A stretch of 64,000 bases of DNA, from NCBI GenBank assembly GCA_046293175.1, contig JBKBPM010000001.1:235446-299445 (forward strand). Direction: 5' to 3'. The stretch comes from Minisyncoccia bacterium. Lineage in GTDB: Bacteria > Patescibacteriota > Minisyncoccia > Phycocordibacterales > UBA918. Numbering within the stretch: the first letter of the stretch is position 1; every line of letters begins with the position of its first letter. This document shows, piece by piece, positions 1-9,880 of this stretch. Under the pieces are notes generated by a model. The model had not been told where the DNA came from and made no database searches. It was given only the letters and a program-made list of their open reading frames with translations. The position numbers and the translations under genes are program-made.

Positions 1-2
1 GG

Positions 3-392
3 CTGTCCTTACCGTCGAAATGGCGGAAGGAACTTGGATCAACGGTGATTGTTACTCGAGGTCTTGATAACTGTCTCTTTGTGTATCCGCAGGCCGAGTG
101 GGAGAAAATAACCGAGAAAATCGGTCAACTCCCACTCGGAAGCGCGGACACACGAAGTTTTAATCGCTTCTTTCTATCCGGTGCAGTGGAAGTGGAGGTG
201 GATAGTGTTGGACGAATTCTCGTTCCAGATTTCTTGAAGGATTTTGCGAAGCTCGAAAGCAAAGTGGTGCTCGCCGGAATCCATGATCGTGTAGAAATTT
301 GGGATGATAATCGTTGGACTGAGTACGTAGCTCGTATCGAGATGCAGGCTGACTCCCTCGCGGAGAAGCTCTCGGATATCGGGGTGCTCTAG
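3..392 (+). CDS. mraZ: Transcriptional regulator MraZ (5' end outside window)
   Basis: Frame open from base 3 (LSLPSKWR...TRGLDNCLFVYP, DSVGRILVP); directly upstream of rsmH. Confidence 0.95.
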   Translation: MSLPSKWRKELGSTVIVTRGLDNCLFVYPQAEWEKITEKIGQLPLGSADTRSFNRFFLSGAVEVEVDSVGRILVPDFLKDFAKLESKVVLAGIHDRVEIWDDNRWTEYVARIEMQADSLAEKLSDIGVL

Positions 393-428
393 TCGCTATC
401 AAATTCTTCATAACTATGGAATGAGCGC

Positions 429-1319
429 ATGGAGCATATTACCGTTTTACAACAGGAAGCTGTCAGCGCGCTCGCCCTACAATCGGCGAGCGTCGTCGTT
501 GATGCTACCTTAGGAGCCGGTGGCCATGCAGGGGAGATGCTCAAGGTCTTGGGTAAAGACGGCGCATACATCGGCTTTGATGCTGATGCTAAGGCCATCG
601 CCTATGCAAAAAAGACGCTCAAAGGGCAGGCTGCTATCAAGCTGGTGCACGAAAACTTCGCCAATCTTGATGCCGTCCTCACCGAACAGGGAATAAGGGA
701 GGTGGACGCAGTACTGGCTGACCTCGGTTGGCGTACTGACCAGTTCATCGAGGCAGGCCGCGGCTTCTCATTTAATGATGAGGAAGGTCTCGCGATGACC
801 TACGGCGACGCTACAGATTACAGCTTCACCGCCTACGACATCGTAAACGACTGGGCCGAAAGCGATATCGCGAACGTCCTCTACGCCTACGGCGAAGAGC
901 ACTACTCGAGACGCATCGCGAGAGCCATCGTAGAGGCCCGGGCCAAAGCGCCAATTACCTCGGGCAAGGCCCTGGCCGACATCATTGAGTCTGCAGTGCC
1001 AGGCCCATATCGGCGAGGCAAGACGCACGCCGCGACCAAGTCCTTTCAAGGACTGCGTATCGCGGTGAATGATGAGTTCGATACCCTCGAAACCTTCATC
1101 AATAGTGCGTTTATGCATCTCCGACCCGGTGGCCGGCTCGCCATCATTTCCTTCCATAGTTTAGAGGATCGCATAGTGAAGTTGGCTTTTAAAGCCTTTG
1201 TACACGATCAAAAAGGTGTCTTGGTCACCAAAAAACCAATCATTGCGAGCGAGGCAGAGCTCAAAATAAATCCCCGTGCCCGCAGCGCTAAACTCCGAGT
1301 TATTGAAAAAATTGTTTAA
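429..1319 (+). CDS. rsmH: 16S rRNA m4C1402 methyltransferase RsmH
   Basis: HITVL, DATLGAGGHA, ISFHSLEDRIVK, NPRARSAKLR motifs. Confidence 0.97.
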   Translation: MEHITVLQQEAVSALALQSASVVVDATLGAGGHAGEMLKVLGKDGAYIGFDADAKAIAYAKKTLKGQAAIKLVHENFANLDAVLTEQGIREVDAVLADLGWRTDQFIEAGRGFSFNDEEGLAMTYGDATDYSFTAYDIVNDWAESDIANVLYAYGEEHYSRRIARAIVEARAKAPITSGKALADIIESAVPGPYRRGKTHAATKSFQGLRIAVNDEFDTLETFINSAFMHLRPGGRLAIISFHSLEDRIVKLAFKAFVHDQKGVLVTKKPIIASEAELKINPRARSAKLRVIEKIV

Positions 1320-1329
1320 TACCACCCAT

Positions 1330-1665
1330 ATGAGTCGCCTTCAGAACATACCACAAACAATGCCATCATATATGAACCCAACCTTTTGGGTGACTACTTT
1401 GTCTTTTGTTTTGTTTGTTCTAATTGTGTCCTACATGTACTTTTTGTCGATGTCGGTGGTTCATGTGGTGTTTCGTAAGGAATCACATCATGATGCACGG
1501 CAGCTTGAATCAGAGATTTCAGCGCTTGAGGCGACTTACATTGAAGCACAGCATGCGGTGAGTGAGCGCATTGCAAGTGCCGAAGCACTCTCAGAGACAA
1601 ACGAAAAGATTTTTGTCTCTCGGGTACCAGCTACTGTGGCCTTATCTCGAACTGGTGCTGAATAG
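1330..1665 (+). CDS. FtsL-like bitopic membrane protein
   Basis: Single TM followed by coiled coil; sits in the ftsL position between rsmH and ftsI. Confidence 0.65.
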   Translation: MSRLQNIPQTMPSYMNPTFWVTTLSFVLFVLIVSYMYFLSMSVVHVVFRKESHHDARQLESEISALEATYIEAQHAVSERIASAEALSETNEKIFVSRVPATVALSRTGAE

Positions 1666-1666
1666 T

Positions 1667-3385
1667 ATGCGACGTGTGATGACAACCCCAAGTCGAATCC
1701 GTATCGTCACTGGGGTTATTCTCTGTATCGGTTTTTTGCTTATTGTCCGTCTCTACTACGTCCAGATAGTACAAGGTGACGTGTATCAAGAGCGCGCCCG
1801 CAAACAGTATGTACACACGGCACAAAATATCTTTGACCGCGGTACCATCTATTACACGACCAAAGATGGAGAAAAGGTGGGGGCAGCTAGCATGAAATCT
1901 GGCTATGTACTCGCTGTAAATCCAACGATGATTACTGACGCTGCCGCCATCTATGAGAAACTTTCACCGATTTTGCCCCTTGACCGAGAGGAGTTCATTC
2001 GCAAAGCCACACTGCCGAACCGCACCTATGTCGAGATTGAACCGCACGTGACCGAAGATAAAGCGCCAGCCATAGAAGCCTTAGATGAAGACGGGGTGCA
2101 ACTTTATCGTACTCAGTGGCGGTACTACCCGGGACATGAGGTCGGGGCGCGGAGTATCGGTTTTATTGGGTATGGGGATGAGGGTAACATCGAGCGGGGT
2201 AAGTACGGACTTGAATACGCATATGATGATGTCTTGTTTCGCAACAACACAGAGATGTCCGTAAACTTCTTTGCGGAGATATTCAGTAACCTTGGCAACC
2301 TCGTTTTTGATAATGAAGAGCAGAAACAGGGTGATATTGTTACTACCATTGAACCAACGGTGGCCCGTATGCTTGACCGTGTCCTCATGGATACGCAGAC
2401 AAAGTATAATAGTACGCTCACGGGAGGTATTATTATGGATCCTCAGACAGGGGAGATACGAGCCCTCAGCGCCGTCCCGACCTATGATCCGAACAACCGC
2501 GCAGATGCTAGTATTGAGCTGTTTCAAAATCCACTCGTTGAAAACGTCTACGAGATGGGTTCAATTATTAAGGCACTTACCGTAGCAGCTGGACTCGATA
2601 GTAAAGTGATTACTCCTGATTCAACCTACTATGACTCTGGTTTTCTTGAGCTCAACACCTTTACGATCAAAAACTTCGACGGGAAAGGGCGGGGAACAGT
2701 CGATATGCAAGAGGTGCTCAATCAGTCACTCAACACCGGTGTGGCCCATATCGTCGGGCTCATGGGACACAAGCGTTTCCGTGAGTACTTTATGAACCTG
2801 AAGCTTGGAAGTGAGTCAGGGATTGATATACCGAATGAAGCAACTGGACTGGTGGCAAACCTAGAGTCACCGCGAGAGGTCGAATATGCCACCGCCTCCT
2901 TCGGACAGGGTATTGCGATGACGCCAATTGCGACCGTTCGCGCGCTTTCCACGCTTGGTAACGGCGGGCACCTCATTACGCCTCACCTTGTCAAAGAAAT
3001 TGAATATACGGACGGTACAAAGAAGGAGATTACCTACCCTGATGGTGCCCAAGTCTTTAGACCAGAGACTAGTGAGACGGTATCACGTATGCTTGCAACC
3101 GTAGTTGATGAGGCGCTTCGTGGTGGTAAGGTAGCGCTGCCACACCATACCATCGCTGCGAAGACCGGTACCGCTCAGATTGCCAAGCCTGGGGGTGGCT
3201 ACTATGACGACCGCTACCTCCACTCATTTTTTGGCTATTTTCCAGCCTATGACCCACAATTTATTGTTTTCCTGTATACTGTAGAACCAAAGGGGGTGCA
3301 GTACGCGTCTGAGACATTGACCGAACCGTTTATGGATCTCACTACCTTTTTGATTAATTACTACAATATTCCACCTGATCGTTAG
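1667..3385 (+). CDS. ftsI: Class B penicillin-binding protein (FtsI/PBP2-3)
   Basis: N-terminal TM, RGTIY, SxxK (GSIIK), SxN (SLN), KTG motifs. Confidence 0.92.
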   Translation: MRRVMTTPSRIRIVTGVILCIGFLLIVRLYYVQIVQGDVYQERARKQYVHTAQNIFDRGTIYYTTKDGEKVGAASMKSGYVLAVNPTMITDAAAIYEKLSPILPLDREEFIRKATLPNRTYVEIEPHVTEDKAPAIEALDEDGVQLYRTQWRYYPGHEVGARSIGFIGYGDEGNIERGKYGLEYAYDDVLFRNNTEMSVNFFAEIFSNLGNLVFDNEEQKQGDIVTTIEPTVARMLDRVLMDTQTKYNSTLTGGIIMDPQTGEIRALSAVPTYDPNNRADASIELFQNPLVENVYEMGSIIKALTVAAGLDSKVITPDSTYYDSGFLELNTFTIKNFDGKGRGTVDMQEVLNQSLNTGVAHIVGLMGHKRFREYFMNLKLGSESGIDIPNEATGLVANLESPREVEYATASFGQGIAMTPIATVRALSTLGNGGHLITPHLVKEIEYTDGTKKEITYPDGAQVFRPETSETVSRMLATVVDEALRGGKVALPHHTIAAKTGTAQIAKPGGGYYDDRYLHSFFGYFPAYDPQFIVFLYTVEPKGVQYASETLTEPFMDLTTFLINYYNIPPDR

Positions 3386-3389
3386 CAAT

Positions 3390-4679
3390 ATGAAAGACGC
3401 CTTCAAGAAAGTTGTATACGCCGTTCTTACTTTTGAGGCTAAACTACTCCTCCGTCGCACGAAGCCGATTGTGATTGCTGTCACTGGTAGTGTCGGGAAG
3501 ACCTCTACCAAAGATGCGATTTTTGCTGTGCTTAAGAACCACCGCAAAGCCCGCAAGAGTGAAAAGAGTTTCAATTCAGAGATTGGGGTGCCACTGTCAG
3601 TGCTCGGGCTTCCGAACGGTTGGGACAATCCCATCGTGTGGATCACCAATATCATTGAGGGCTTCTTCATAGCTGCTTTCAGTCGCAATTACCCCGAAGT
3701 GTTGGTACTTGAAGCCGGCGTCGATCGCCCGGGTGATATGAAATCCTTAACTGCATGGCTCCGGCCTGATATCGCGGTGATTACTCGGCTTCCCGACGTG
3801 CCGGTGCATGTTGAGTACTTCAGTACACCGGAAGCAGTGGCTGAAGAAAAGCTCGAACTTGTGCGGGCGCTTAAGCCAAACGGTGTCTTTGTTTACAATC
3901 ATGATGATGCGAAGCTCCTTGAAGCGGTCGCTGATGTCCGTCAGCCGAGTGTTGGCTTTAGTCGCTATGCACCATCACAATTTACGGCGGCTGGGGATGA
4001 GATTGTGTATCGTGACGATGTACCAGTAGGGTCGCAGTTTACCTTGACGCATATGGACGAGACCGTGATGATTAGGGTCAATAGCTCAATTGGCATTCAA
4101 AACGCTTACACGTACAGTGCGGCAGCAGCTGTCGCGGCCCAGTTCGATATACCGCTCACCGCTGTGGCTGAGGCTGTACGTTCACACGTCGGGCCGGCGG
4201 GCCGGATGCGGGTGATTCCGGGTATCAAGGCCACCTGTATCCTTGATGATACCTACAACTCTTCACCAATTGCGGTTGAGGCATCACTCCAGACTCTCAA
4301 AGAGCTTCGGGGCTTTAATCGCAAAATTGCTGTCCTGGGCGACATGCTTGAGCTTGGACAATTTTCAACTCGAGAGCATGAGCGTATTGGTGAGGTAGCG
4401 GCCGGTGCAGTGGATATGCTTATCACCATAGGTGTCCGTTCGCGCAAGACTGCTGAGGGTGCTCTTGAGCACGGTCTGTCTGAAAAGCAGATTTTCCAGT
4501 ACGAAGATTCGGCAACAGCTGGTAAAGAGCTGCAGCAACTTATCAAGCCAGGAGACGTCATTCTCGTGAAAGGCTCACAAGGGGTGCGTGCCGAGCGGGT
4601 AGTGGAGGAGATTATGGCGGAGCCGGAAAGAGCAGGGGAACTTCTTGTTCGCCAAGACACCGCTTGGAAGCGCCGCTAA
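3390..4679 (+). CDS. murF: UDP-MurNAc-tripeptide D-Ala-D-Ala ligase
   Basis: VTGSVGKTSTK, DDTYNSSP, VLGDMLELG, LVKGSQ motifs. Confidence 0.93.
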   Translation: MKDAFKKVVYAVLTFEAKLLLRRTKPIVIAVTGSVGKTSTKDAIFAVLKNHRKARKSEKSFNSEIGVPLSVLGLPNGWDNPIVWITNIIEGFFIAAFSRNYPEVLVLEAGVDRPGDMKSLTAWLRPDIAVITRLPDVPVHVEYFSTPEAVAEEKLELVRALKPNGVFVYNHDDAKLLEAVADVRQPSVGFSRYAPSQFTAAGDEIVYRDDVPVGSQFTLTHMDETVMIRVNSSIGIQNAYTYSAAAAVAAQFDIPLTAVAEAVRSHVGPAGRMRVIPGIKATCILDDTYNSSPIAVEASLQTLKELRGFNRKIAVLGDMLELGQFSTREHERIGEVAAGAVDMLITIGVRSRKTAEGALEHGLSEKQIFQYEDSATAGKELQQLIKPGDVILVKGSQGVRAERVVEEIMAEPERAGELLVRQDTAWKRR

Positions 4680-4830
4680 ATCCCAAAAGCGAATAAATTA
4701 GCTCATCTTCTTTGTTGCCAGCGTCGTTGCGACAGTCACCGTACCACTGTACGTCTCCCTTGCAACTCCTCGGCGCCGCGAATCTAAGCCAATTTATTTA
4801 CTTTTAGTTGTGGCTAAAGGGATCAATTTA
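4677..4830. repeat. ERIC-like imperfect palindrome, copy A
   Basis: Starts at the murF TAA; arms aaaagcgaataaattagct/agccaatttatttactttt; TTGTTG...TCAC-CGTAC-loop-GTACG-TCTC...CGCC core; right end uncertain. Confidence 0.7.
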
Positions 4831-4920
4831 AGTAATCCAAGAAAGTTCTAAAAACGGTAAAGGCATGGCACTTCGTGCCATGCCTTTACACGTGGCAAAA
4901 TAAGCATATAGTATTGGTAT

Positions 4921-5850
4921 ATGGATACATTAAGATATATTGCAGGAGGATTTTTGGCGGTGGTTTTATTGGTAACGAGTACCCCAACCGCTGATGCCTA
5001 CACAACGTACAACAGTAATGTCCGTGAGATTGCCGAATTGCAGGCCGAGATTATGCGCCTGCAGGCGCAGCTTGATGCGCTTCGTGGCTACAACAGTGGC
5101 TATAACAATAGTTGGGGTAACCAGAGTGGTGTTGTGACCACCGGTGGTGCCACTCATAAGGGTAGTGGCGACGTAGAGTTTCGTGGTTCTGCTCGTCCTG
5201 GCTCAACGCAGTCAAAAGTTTGGTTTGAATTTGGACCAAATCGTTCACTCTCATACAGTACACCAAAGTTGAGCCTTGGTAACAGTAGTAATAATACCCG
5301 CAACTTCACCGGTTACGCCTACGACCTTGGTCGCGGCACCTACTACTACCGGGCCGTGCTCGAAGACCGCCGTGGTAATGTCTATGAAGGAGCTATACAG
5401 ACCATTACTGTTAGTTCTGGTTCAACTAGTTACTATGATGACTGGTGGGATCGTTATGACACCTGGAATGATGACGATGAAGATATTCCAGATGTACAGA
5501 CGAACAGTGCTCGAAATGTAACCAGCAGCCGTGCCGAGCTTCGCGGTGAAGTAGATATGCGTGACACCGAAAACGGCATTGTCTTCTTTGTGTACGGTGA
5601 AGATGAAGATCAGGTAGAAGATGCGGCTGACGAAGACCGCTACAGTGATATCGATACTGACAACGAAGACCTCCAGAAAGTAAAAGTCGCTTCCAACTTC
5701 GATGACGAAGACGACTTCTACGCAGTAGTGACGGGACTTAATGACGATACTGACCACTACTTCCGCATCTGTGTTGAGTACGAGGATGAGGACAATGACG
5801 ACCACCTCGAGTGTGGGGATGTCGAATCATTCGACACAGACCGCTATTAG
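4921..5850 (+). CDS. Secreted acidic protein with coiled coil and two Fn3/Ig-like repeats
   Basis: Signal peptide; two similar units (T..A.....VEFRG / TNSARNVTSSRAELRG; GTYYYRA / DHYFRI). Confidence 0.7.
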   Translation: MDTLRYIAGGFLAVVLLVTSTPTADAYTTYNSNVREIAELQAEIMRLQAQLDALRGYNSGYNNSWGNQSGVVTTGGATHKGSGDVEFRGSARPGSTQSKVWFEFGPNRSLSYSTPKLSLGNSSNNTRNFTGYAYDLGRGTYYYRAVLEDRRGNVYEGAIQTITVSSGSTSYYDDWWDRYDTWNDDDEDIPDVQTNSARNVTSSRAELRGEVDMRDTENGIVFFVYGEDEDQVEDAADEDRYSDIDTDNEDLQKVKVASNFDDEDDFYAVVTGLNDDTDHYFRICVEYEDEDNDDHLECGDVESFDTDRY

Positions 5851-6110
5851 AAACGAGCTACAGAGCGTGTAGCGCGAAAATGGCGAAATGACCTAATTTT
5901 TAACTACGTAAGGAGTATAAAAACGGAAATACCCTTGTGGTGTCCGTGAGTTGGGGCTATCCATAATGCCCCAATCCACGTCGCTCAGCTACCGCGTACT
6001 TTAGTTAGCATCTAATAACTTCTTAAAGTTAAAGATAATCAAACAAAAGACAGTGAGGCAACTCCTGCTGTCTTTTGTTATACTGTGTACGTATTCAATA
6101 ATTTTTGTTT

Positions 6111-6470
6111 ATGACTATACAAGAAATAGCCGCCCGTGTTGTAGAGCTTAATCGTGCGAATGATCACGAAACTGTGTATCGCGAGCTTTATACACCAGAT
6201 GCGGTCAGTATCGAGAACTGGGGAGGCAAGCCAGATCGCTATGAAGGGCTTGAGGCCATTGCGAAGAAGGGAGCCAATTGGATGGAGAGTGTCGCCGAAA
6301 TGCACGAGGTTATTGTGGGAGAGCCGGTTATTGCTGATGAATCGTTTGCCATGACCTTTAGTATGGATATCACCTACAAGGATCCAGCCTTGGGTCGCCA
6401 GAAGATGACGGAGCTTGCGATTTATACCGTAAAAGACGGTAAGATTATAGAAGAAGAATTTAGAGCGTAA
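6111..6470 (+). CDS. SnoaL/NTF2-like protein
   Basis: ELY..DAVSIE, ELAIYTVKDGKIIEEEF. Confidence 0.85.
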   Translation: MTIQEIAARVVELNRANDHETVYRELYTPDAVSIENWGGKPDRYEGLEAIAKKGANWMESVAEMHEVIVGEPVIADESFAMTFSMDITYKDPALGRQKMTELAIYTVKDGKIIEEEFRA

Positions 6471-6524
6471 ATCTAAGCGTTATACACAACCGGATTAGTG
6501 CTCCATAAGGTATAATCTTTGTAC

Positions 6525-6791
6525 ATGAAGCCCACCATTTACATCGATGTCCGTCGTCCTGAAGAGTTCGCCACCGGACGTTTGCCGGGAGCTCGCAATA
6601 TCAGTATTGAAGAAGATCCGGCGGCTGTTGATGAAATTATTTCCTTGGCCGCAGAAAATAACGTGATTGTCTACTGCCATTCAACCATTCGTTCGAACTA
6701 CGTCTGTACCCTCCTTGAAGCCAAGCATGGGGTGAAGGTAGGACAGCTTGAAGGGGGATTAATGTTGTATCAAGGCCCACTTGAGCACTAG
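6525..6791 (+). CDS. Rhodanese-like domain protein
   Basis: IDVRRPEEF..GRLPGA, YCHSTIRS, LEGG. Confidence 0.9.
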   Translation: MKPTIYIDVRRPEEFATGRLPGARNISIEEDPAAVDEIISLAAENNVIVYCHSTIRSNYVCTLLEAKHGVKVGQLEGGLMLYQGPLEH

Positions 6792-6802
6792 AGAGTGCGT
6801 AG

Positions 6803-6845
6803 TTATAAGAAAAGCCTGGACTCATAGTCCAGGCTTTTCTTATAA
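6803..6845. terminator. Bidirectional intrinsic terminator
   Basis: ttataagaaaagcctggact-cat-agtccaggcttttcttataa between convergent ORFs. Confidence 0.8.
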
Positions 6846-6852
6846 ATGAGTC

Positions 6853-7020
6853 TTACCAACCAATTGGGAGCACACCACCCGCCTGAGTGAAGCCAACCGC
6901 AAAGCCGATAAACGGTATCATGACGAAAAGTACCGCCGCAAGTATTTTTGAAAATGAGGTGACTTCGTTGGCACGCTTAAATGATAAAAGCTTTTTGGCT
7001 GATGTTTGTGGGATTTTCAT
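6853..7020 (-). CDS. Small membrane protein (55 aa)
   Basis: MKIPQ...VTSFSKILAAVLFVMIPFIGFAVG; one TM; below the ORF-track cutoff. Confidence 0.55.
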   Translation of the reverse strand: MKIPQTSAKKLLSFKRANEVTSFSKILAAVLFVMIPFIGFAVGFTQAGGVLPIGW

Positions 7021-7100
7021 ATGGTGATACTGATACGACTGTATTGTACCGTGTATGTGTATGTGGCGGAGTAGCGGCGTGTTGATAGGTTAAATCTAGG

Positions 7101-7601
7101 TTACTCATCACGAAGCGAATGTTTTTGCAAAGGCGGTAAATTCATCTCGGCACGACGGTTGTTTACCTCTATTTCATCTGCGATGGGTGCTAAAGTTTCT
7201 TTCCCGTCTTTAATAATTCTTTGAGTACCGTATAATTGAGCCTCACCGAGTCGTACGCGAATGCGGTCCTCTAGATAGGCGATGTTTGCTTGGTCTACCT
7301 CATGCACTGGTAACTCCTTCATTAAATTAAGGCAGGTAATTTGAAACGCCACATCATACGAATGCTGAACTAACAACCAAGCATTATAAGAAGCATTAGC
7401 ACCAACTTTAGTTATAGAGGGCCAACCTATCTCGGCAACGATTTCTTTTAGACGATTGGTGTTCTGTATATCAATAGAATCATCCCAGTGTTCACCAACA
7501 AGTCCTTGACGACGCATTTCTTGATCAGCTTCTTTCATATTGGTTATCTCATCAGCTAATTGAGAGAATGGGATTTTTCCAAATGAGTGTTCGTCAATCA
7601 T
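7101..7601 (-). CDS. DUF6624-like protein
   Basis: DQEMR, GWP, AWLLVQH, AYLEDR, QLYGTQ motifs. Confidence 0.8.
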   Translation of the reverse strand: MIDEHSFGKIPFSQLADEITNMKEADQEMRRQGLVGEHWDDSIDIQNTNRLKEIVAEIGWPSITKVGANASYNAWLLVQHSYDVAFQITCLNLMKELPVHEVDQANIAYLEDRIRVRLGEAQLYGTQRIIKDGKETLAPIADEIEVNNRRAEMNLPPLQKHSLRDE

Positions 7602-7689
7602 AGTAGTAGTATACCGGGATTGTTTATACGATACAAAGAGCCCCGCAGATCCGGACGGGGCTCTTTGGGGCTTGGGGGTGGCACGGCTT

Positions 7690-7904
7690 ACTGCTAACCA
7701 CTGCAGTTTTTTTGAAGAATGCAAGTGGTAGAAGAATAAATAGGTTTATTCCAAAGGTAATCCAAGCCATATTTATTAACCACTGCAAGACATGCTCTCC
7801 AACCCAGACAGCCCCTAGAATCATCTATAAACTAATTAGAATAAGTAGCAACAAAAAACCTGCACCTATCACAAATCCTATAACATTTTTTAATCCATCA
7901 ATCA
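7690..7904 (-). pseudogene. Truncated membrane-protein remnant
   Basis: Hydrophobic MIDGLKNVIGFVIGAGFLLLILISL then in-frame TAG, continuing MILGAVW...; cut off before a hairpin. Confidence 0.45.
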
Positions 7905-8124
7905 TTTATAAACGATACTCCTAAACTTTTAGCGTTGCAAATATTGTCCCTATTGTACATGTGTATTTTTAAGCATGAGATTGTTGCAATTTTAGTAATG
8001 CACACCACATATAACAAGTCTTGATTTTACCTACCGTTGTGATATTATGAGATCGTCTTACGGTTTTCCATTAAACCGCAAGGGTTTTACATCCAAGGGC
8101 AGCCCTCCTCGCGGAGGGCTGTTT

Positions 8125-8696
8125 CTATTTTTGGGCTCGATATTTGAGACTAGATCCCCAGATGTCTTCAGTTACAGTAAGTATGTCAGTATACCCGTCT
8201 GTGCCAGTTCGTAGCTCGGAAGAGACATTATTATATTATGTGACGAGTACACATAGACTTTCTTCCCAGCATTGCGAAGGTAGGTAATTAGGGCCAAGAA
8301 GTCGGAGTCCCCAGTAAAGAAAAAGCGATGTCAAACTTATCTTTATAGTGAACAGCATCAATGGTCATTTCTACATCCATGTTACCTTTCTCATGAATGA
8401 CATTTCCAACTTCAGTTGCCGTTGTGATACGTTTTAATTCTTTTTTGCGCACAACAAAACCAAGACCTTTCTTGAGGTAAGTAAAAAACTTGTGCTTTCC
8501 ATCAGTATCATATGTCCGCGTACCATCTGCAGGGGTAAGCAGTATAATAATAATGAGTCACTGACACGGCATTGTAATGAGTCGCTAGGTATCTCCTGAG
8601 TTTTTCAAAATCAAAAAGCCGTCCCTTTACCTTTTGGGCTTGCTATACGTTTGAGGCATCGATGAATACTGCTACTCTAGGACTCGTTACACTCAC
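8125..8696 (-). pseudogene. NYN (LabA/DUF88, PIN-like) ribonuclease pseudogene
   Basis: RVAVFIDASNV, EKGNMDVEMTIDA and TGDSDF motifs interrupted by one TAG and three frameshifts. Confidence 0.88.
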
Positions 8697-8759
8697 GGTT
8701 TTAAATTATAACATGTCAATTCTAAGTAAGAAGTTTTTTAAGGTAGTACCCCCAAACGA

Positions 8760-8777
8760 TGATCTTACGGAGAATCG
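8760..8777 (-). repeat. Degenerate copy of the tRNA-Glu 3' end (att-like)
   Basis: tgatcttacggagaatcg vs tgaccctacggagaatcg at 9015-9032 (16/18). Confidence 0.7.
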
Positions 8778-8954
8778 GTCCTTACAGGACCAGTACCCGT
8801 TGTCGCTAGAGTGAAGAGGATCGGTCACGAGTATATTTCGTTGTGGTCACGAGTTACTAACTATAATTGTTCGCTGCGCTCCAATTCAAGTAAGTACTCG
8901 CGACCCCGGCTCGCTGGTTCGGCTCCTGCGGAGTCGCATCACATCGCTGCGCCC

Positions 8955-9018
8955 GTCACAAACCAGCAAAACAAAACCGCTTGTATATACAAGCGGTTTT
9001 GTTTTGCTGATTTGTGAC
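8955..9018 (-). repeat. 64-bp near-perfect palindrome overlapping the tRNA 3' end
   Basis: 32-bp arms with one mismatch, which is G-U on the tRNA strand. Confidence 0.85.
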
Positions 9019-9086
9019 CCTACGGAGAATCGAACTCCGATTTTCAGGATGAAAACCTGATGTCCTAGCCGTTAGACGATAGGGCC
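9015..9086 (-). tRNA. tRNA-Glu (UUC)
   Basis: GGCCCTA acceptor stem, TCAGG-TTTTCAT-CCTGA anticodon arm, GTTCGATT T-loop; CCA not encoded. Confidence 0.97.
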
Positions 9087-9195
9087 ATAATATTTAATTT
9101 TTTCTTCCAACTCCTTCAAATTTTTGTTCACTATCAGGTTTTCATTGATGAAAACTTTTCCTACGGATGAAATTATGTCCCACATAATTTCATTA

Positions 9196-9220
9196 TCCTA
9201 GCCGTTAGACGATAGGGCCA
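9196..9220 (-). repeat. Exact duplicate of the tRNA-Glu 5' 24 nt
   Basis: tcctagccgttagacgatagggcca is identical to 9063-9087. Confidence 0.9.
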
Positions 9221-9400
9221 TTTTATTTGGTTATGCGGCTTTTGTTATGCCTTTGTTCTTTTACTTTTAAGCCCCGAAAGGGGCGCAAAAGTGCCCATAT
9301 TTATAGCAGACAATTAGGAAAAAGGGAAGGGGTGCATAGAGTATTGTTTTTCTTGGTTTATGGCGTAGTATAGACGCAGAAGAATCTGGAGGATACAGGT

Positions 9401-9880
9401 ATGGAAGACAGCGACCAAATAGTACCGGCCCCCATGGAGGTTGTACTGGAGTGGATAAAGACAATCGGAGTTCCATGTTCAACGACGATGAAATCTAACT
9501 CTATAGACTTGGAGTTCGACTCTGAAGGCTTCAGCTATACTGCTAACCTGACTGAAGTGAATCAGAATACGCTAACGATCGTTATTGCCTTTGGACTGCT
9601 GTCTGGAGACAGGGAACTTGAACTACGTCGGCGTATTGGCAAGATCGACAAGGAAATGGGGTACGGTGCACTCATTTACGATGAAGAGCGTCAAGTCGTG
9701 TTGTGGCGCGAATCGATCAACAGCTATGAAGAGTGTCCACTGGAACCGAACGATATCACTGACCTTATATCGGTTGGTATTACCTCATTTGAAGCACTGA
9801 GAATCGGACTTGCTGATTTCATGGGGCTGTCGCCGGCTGATGCTCACCTTGCCAACGTTCATTCGGCTGGACGAGCTTAA
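9401..9880 (+). CDS. YbjN/CesT-like chaperone-fold hypothetical protein
   Basis: Size and alpha/beta pattern (GALIYDEERQVVLWR); GGAGG SD. Confidence 0.5.
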   Translation: MEDSDQIVPAPMEVVLEWIKTIGVPCSTTMKSNSIDLEFDSEGFSYTANLTEVNQNTLTIVIAFGLLSGDRELELRRRIGKIDKEMGYGALIYDEERQVVLWRESINSYEECPLEPNDITDLISVGITSFEALRIGLADFMGLSPADAHLANVHSAGRA

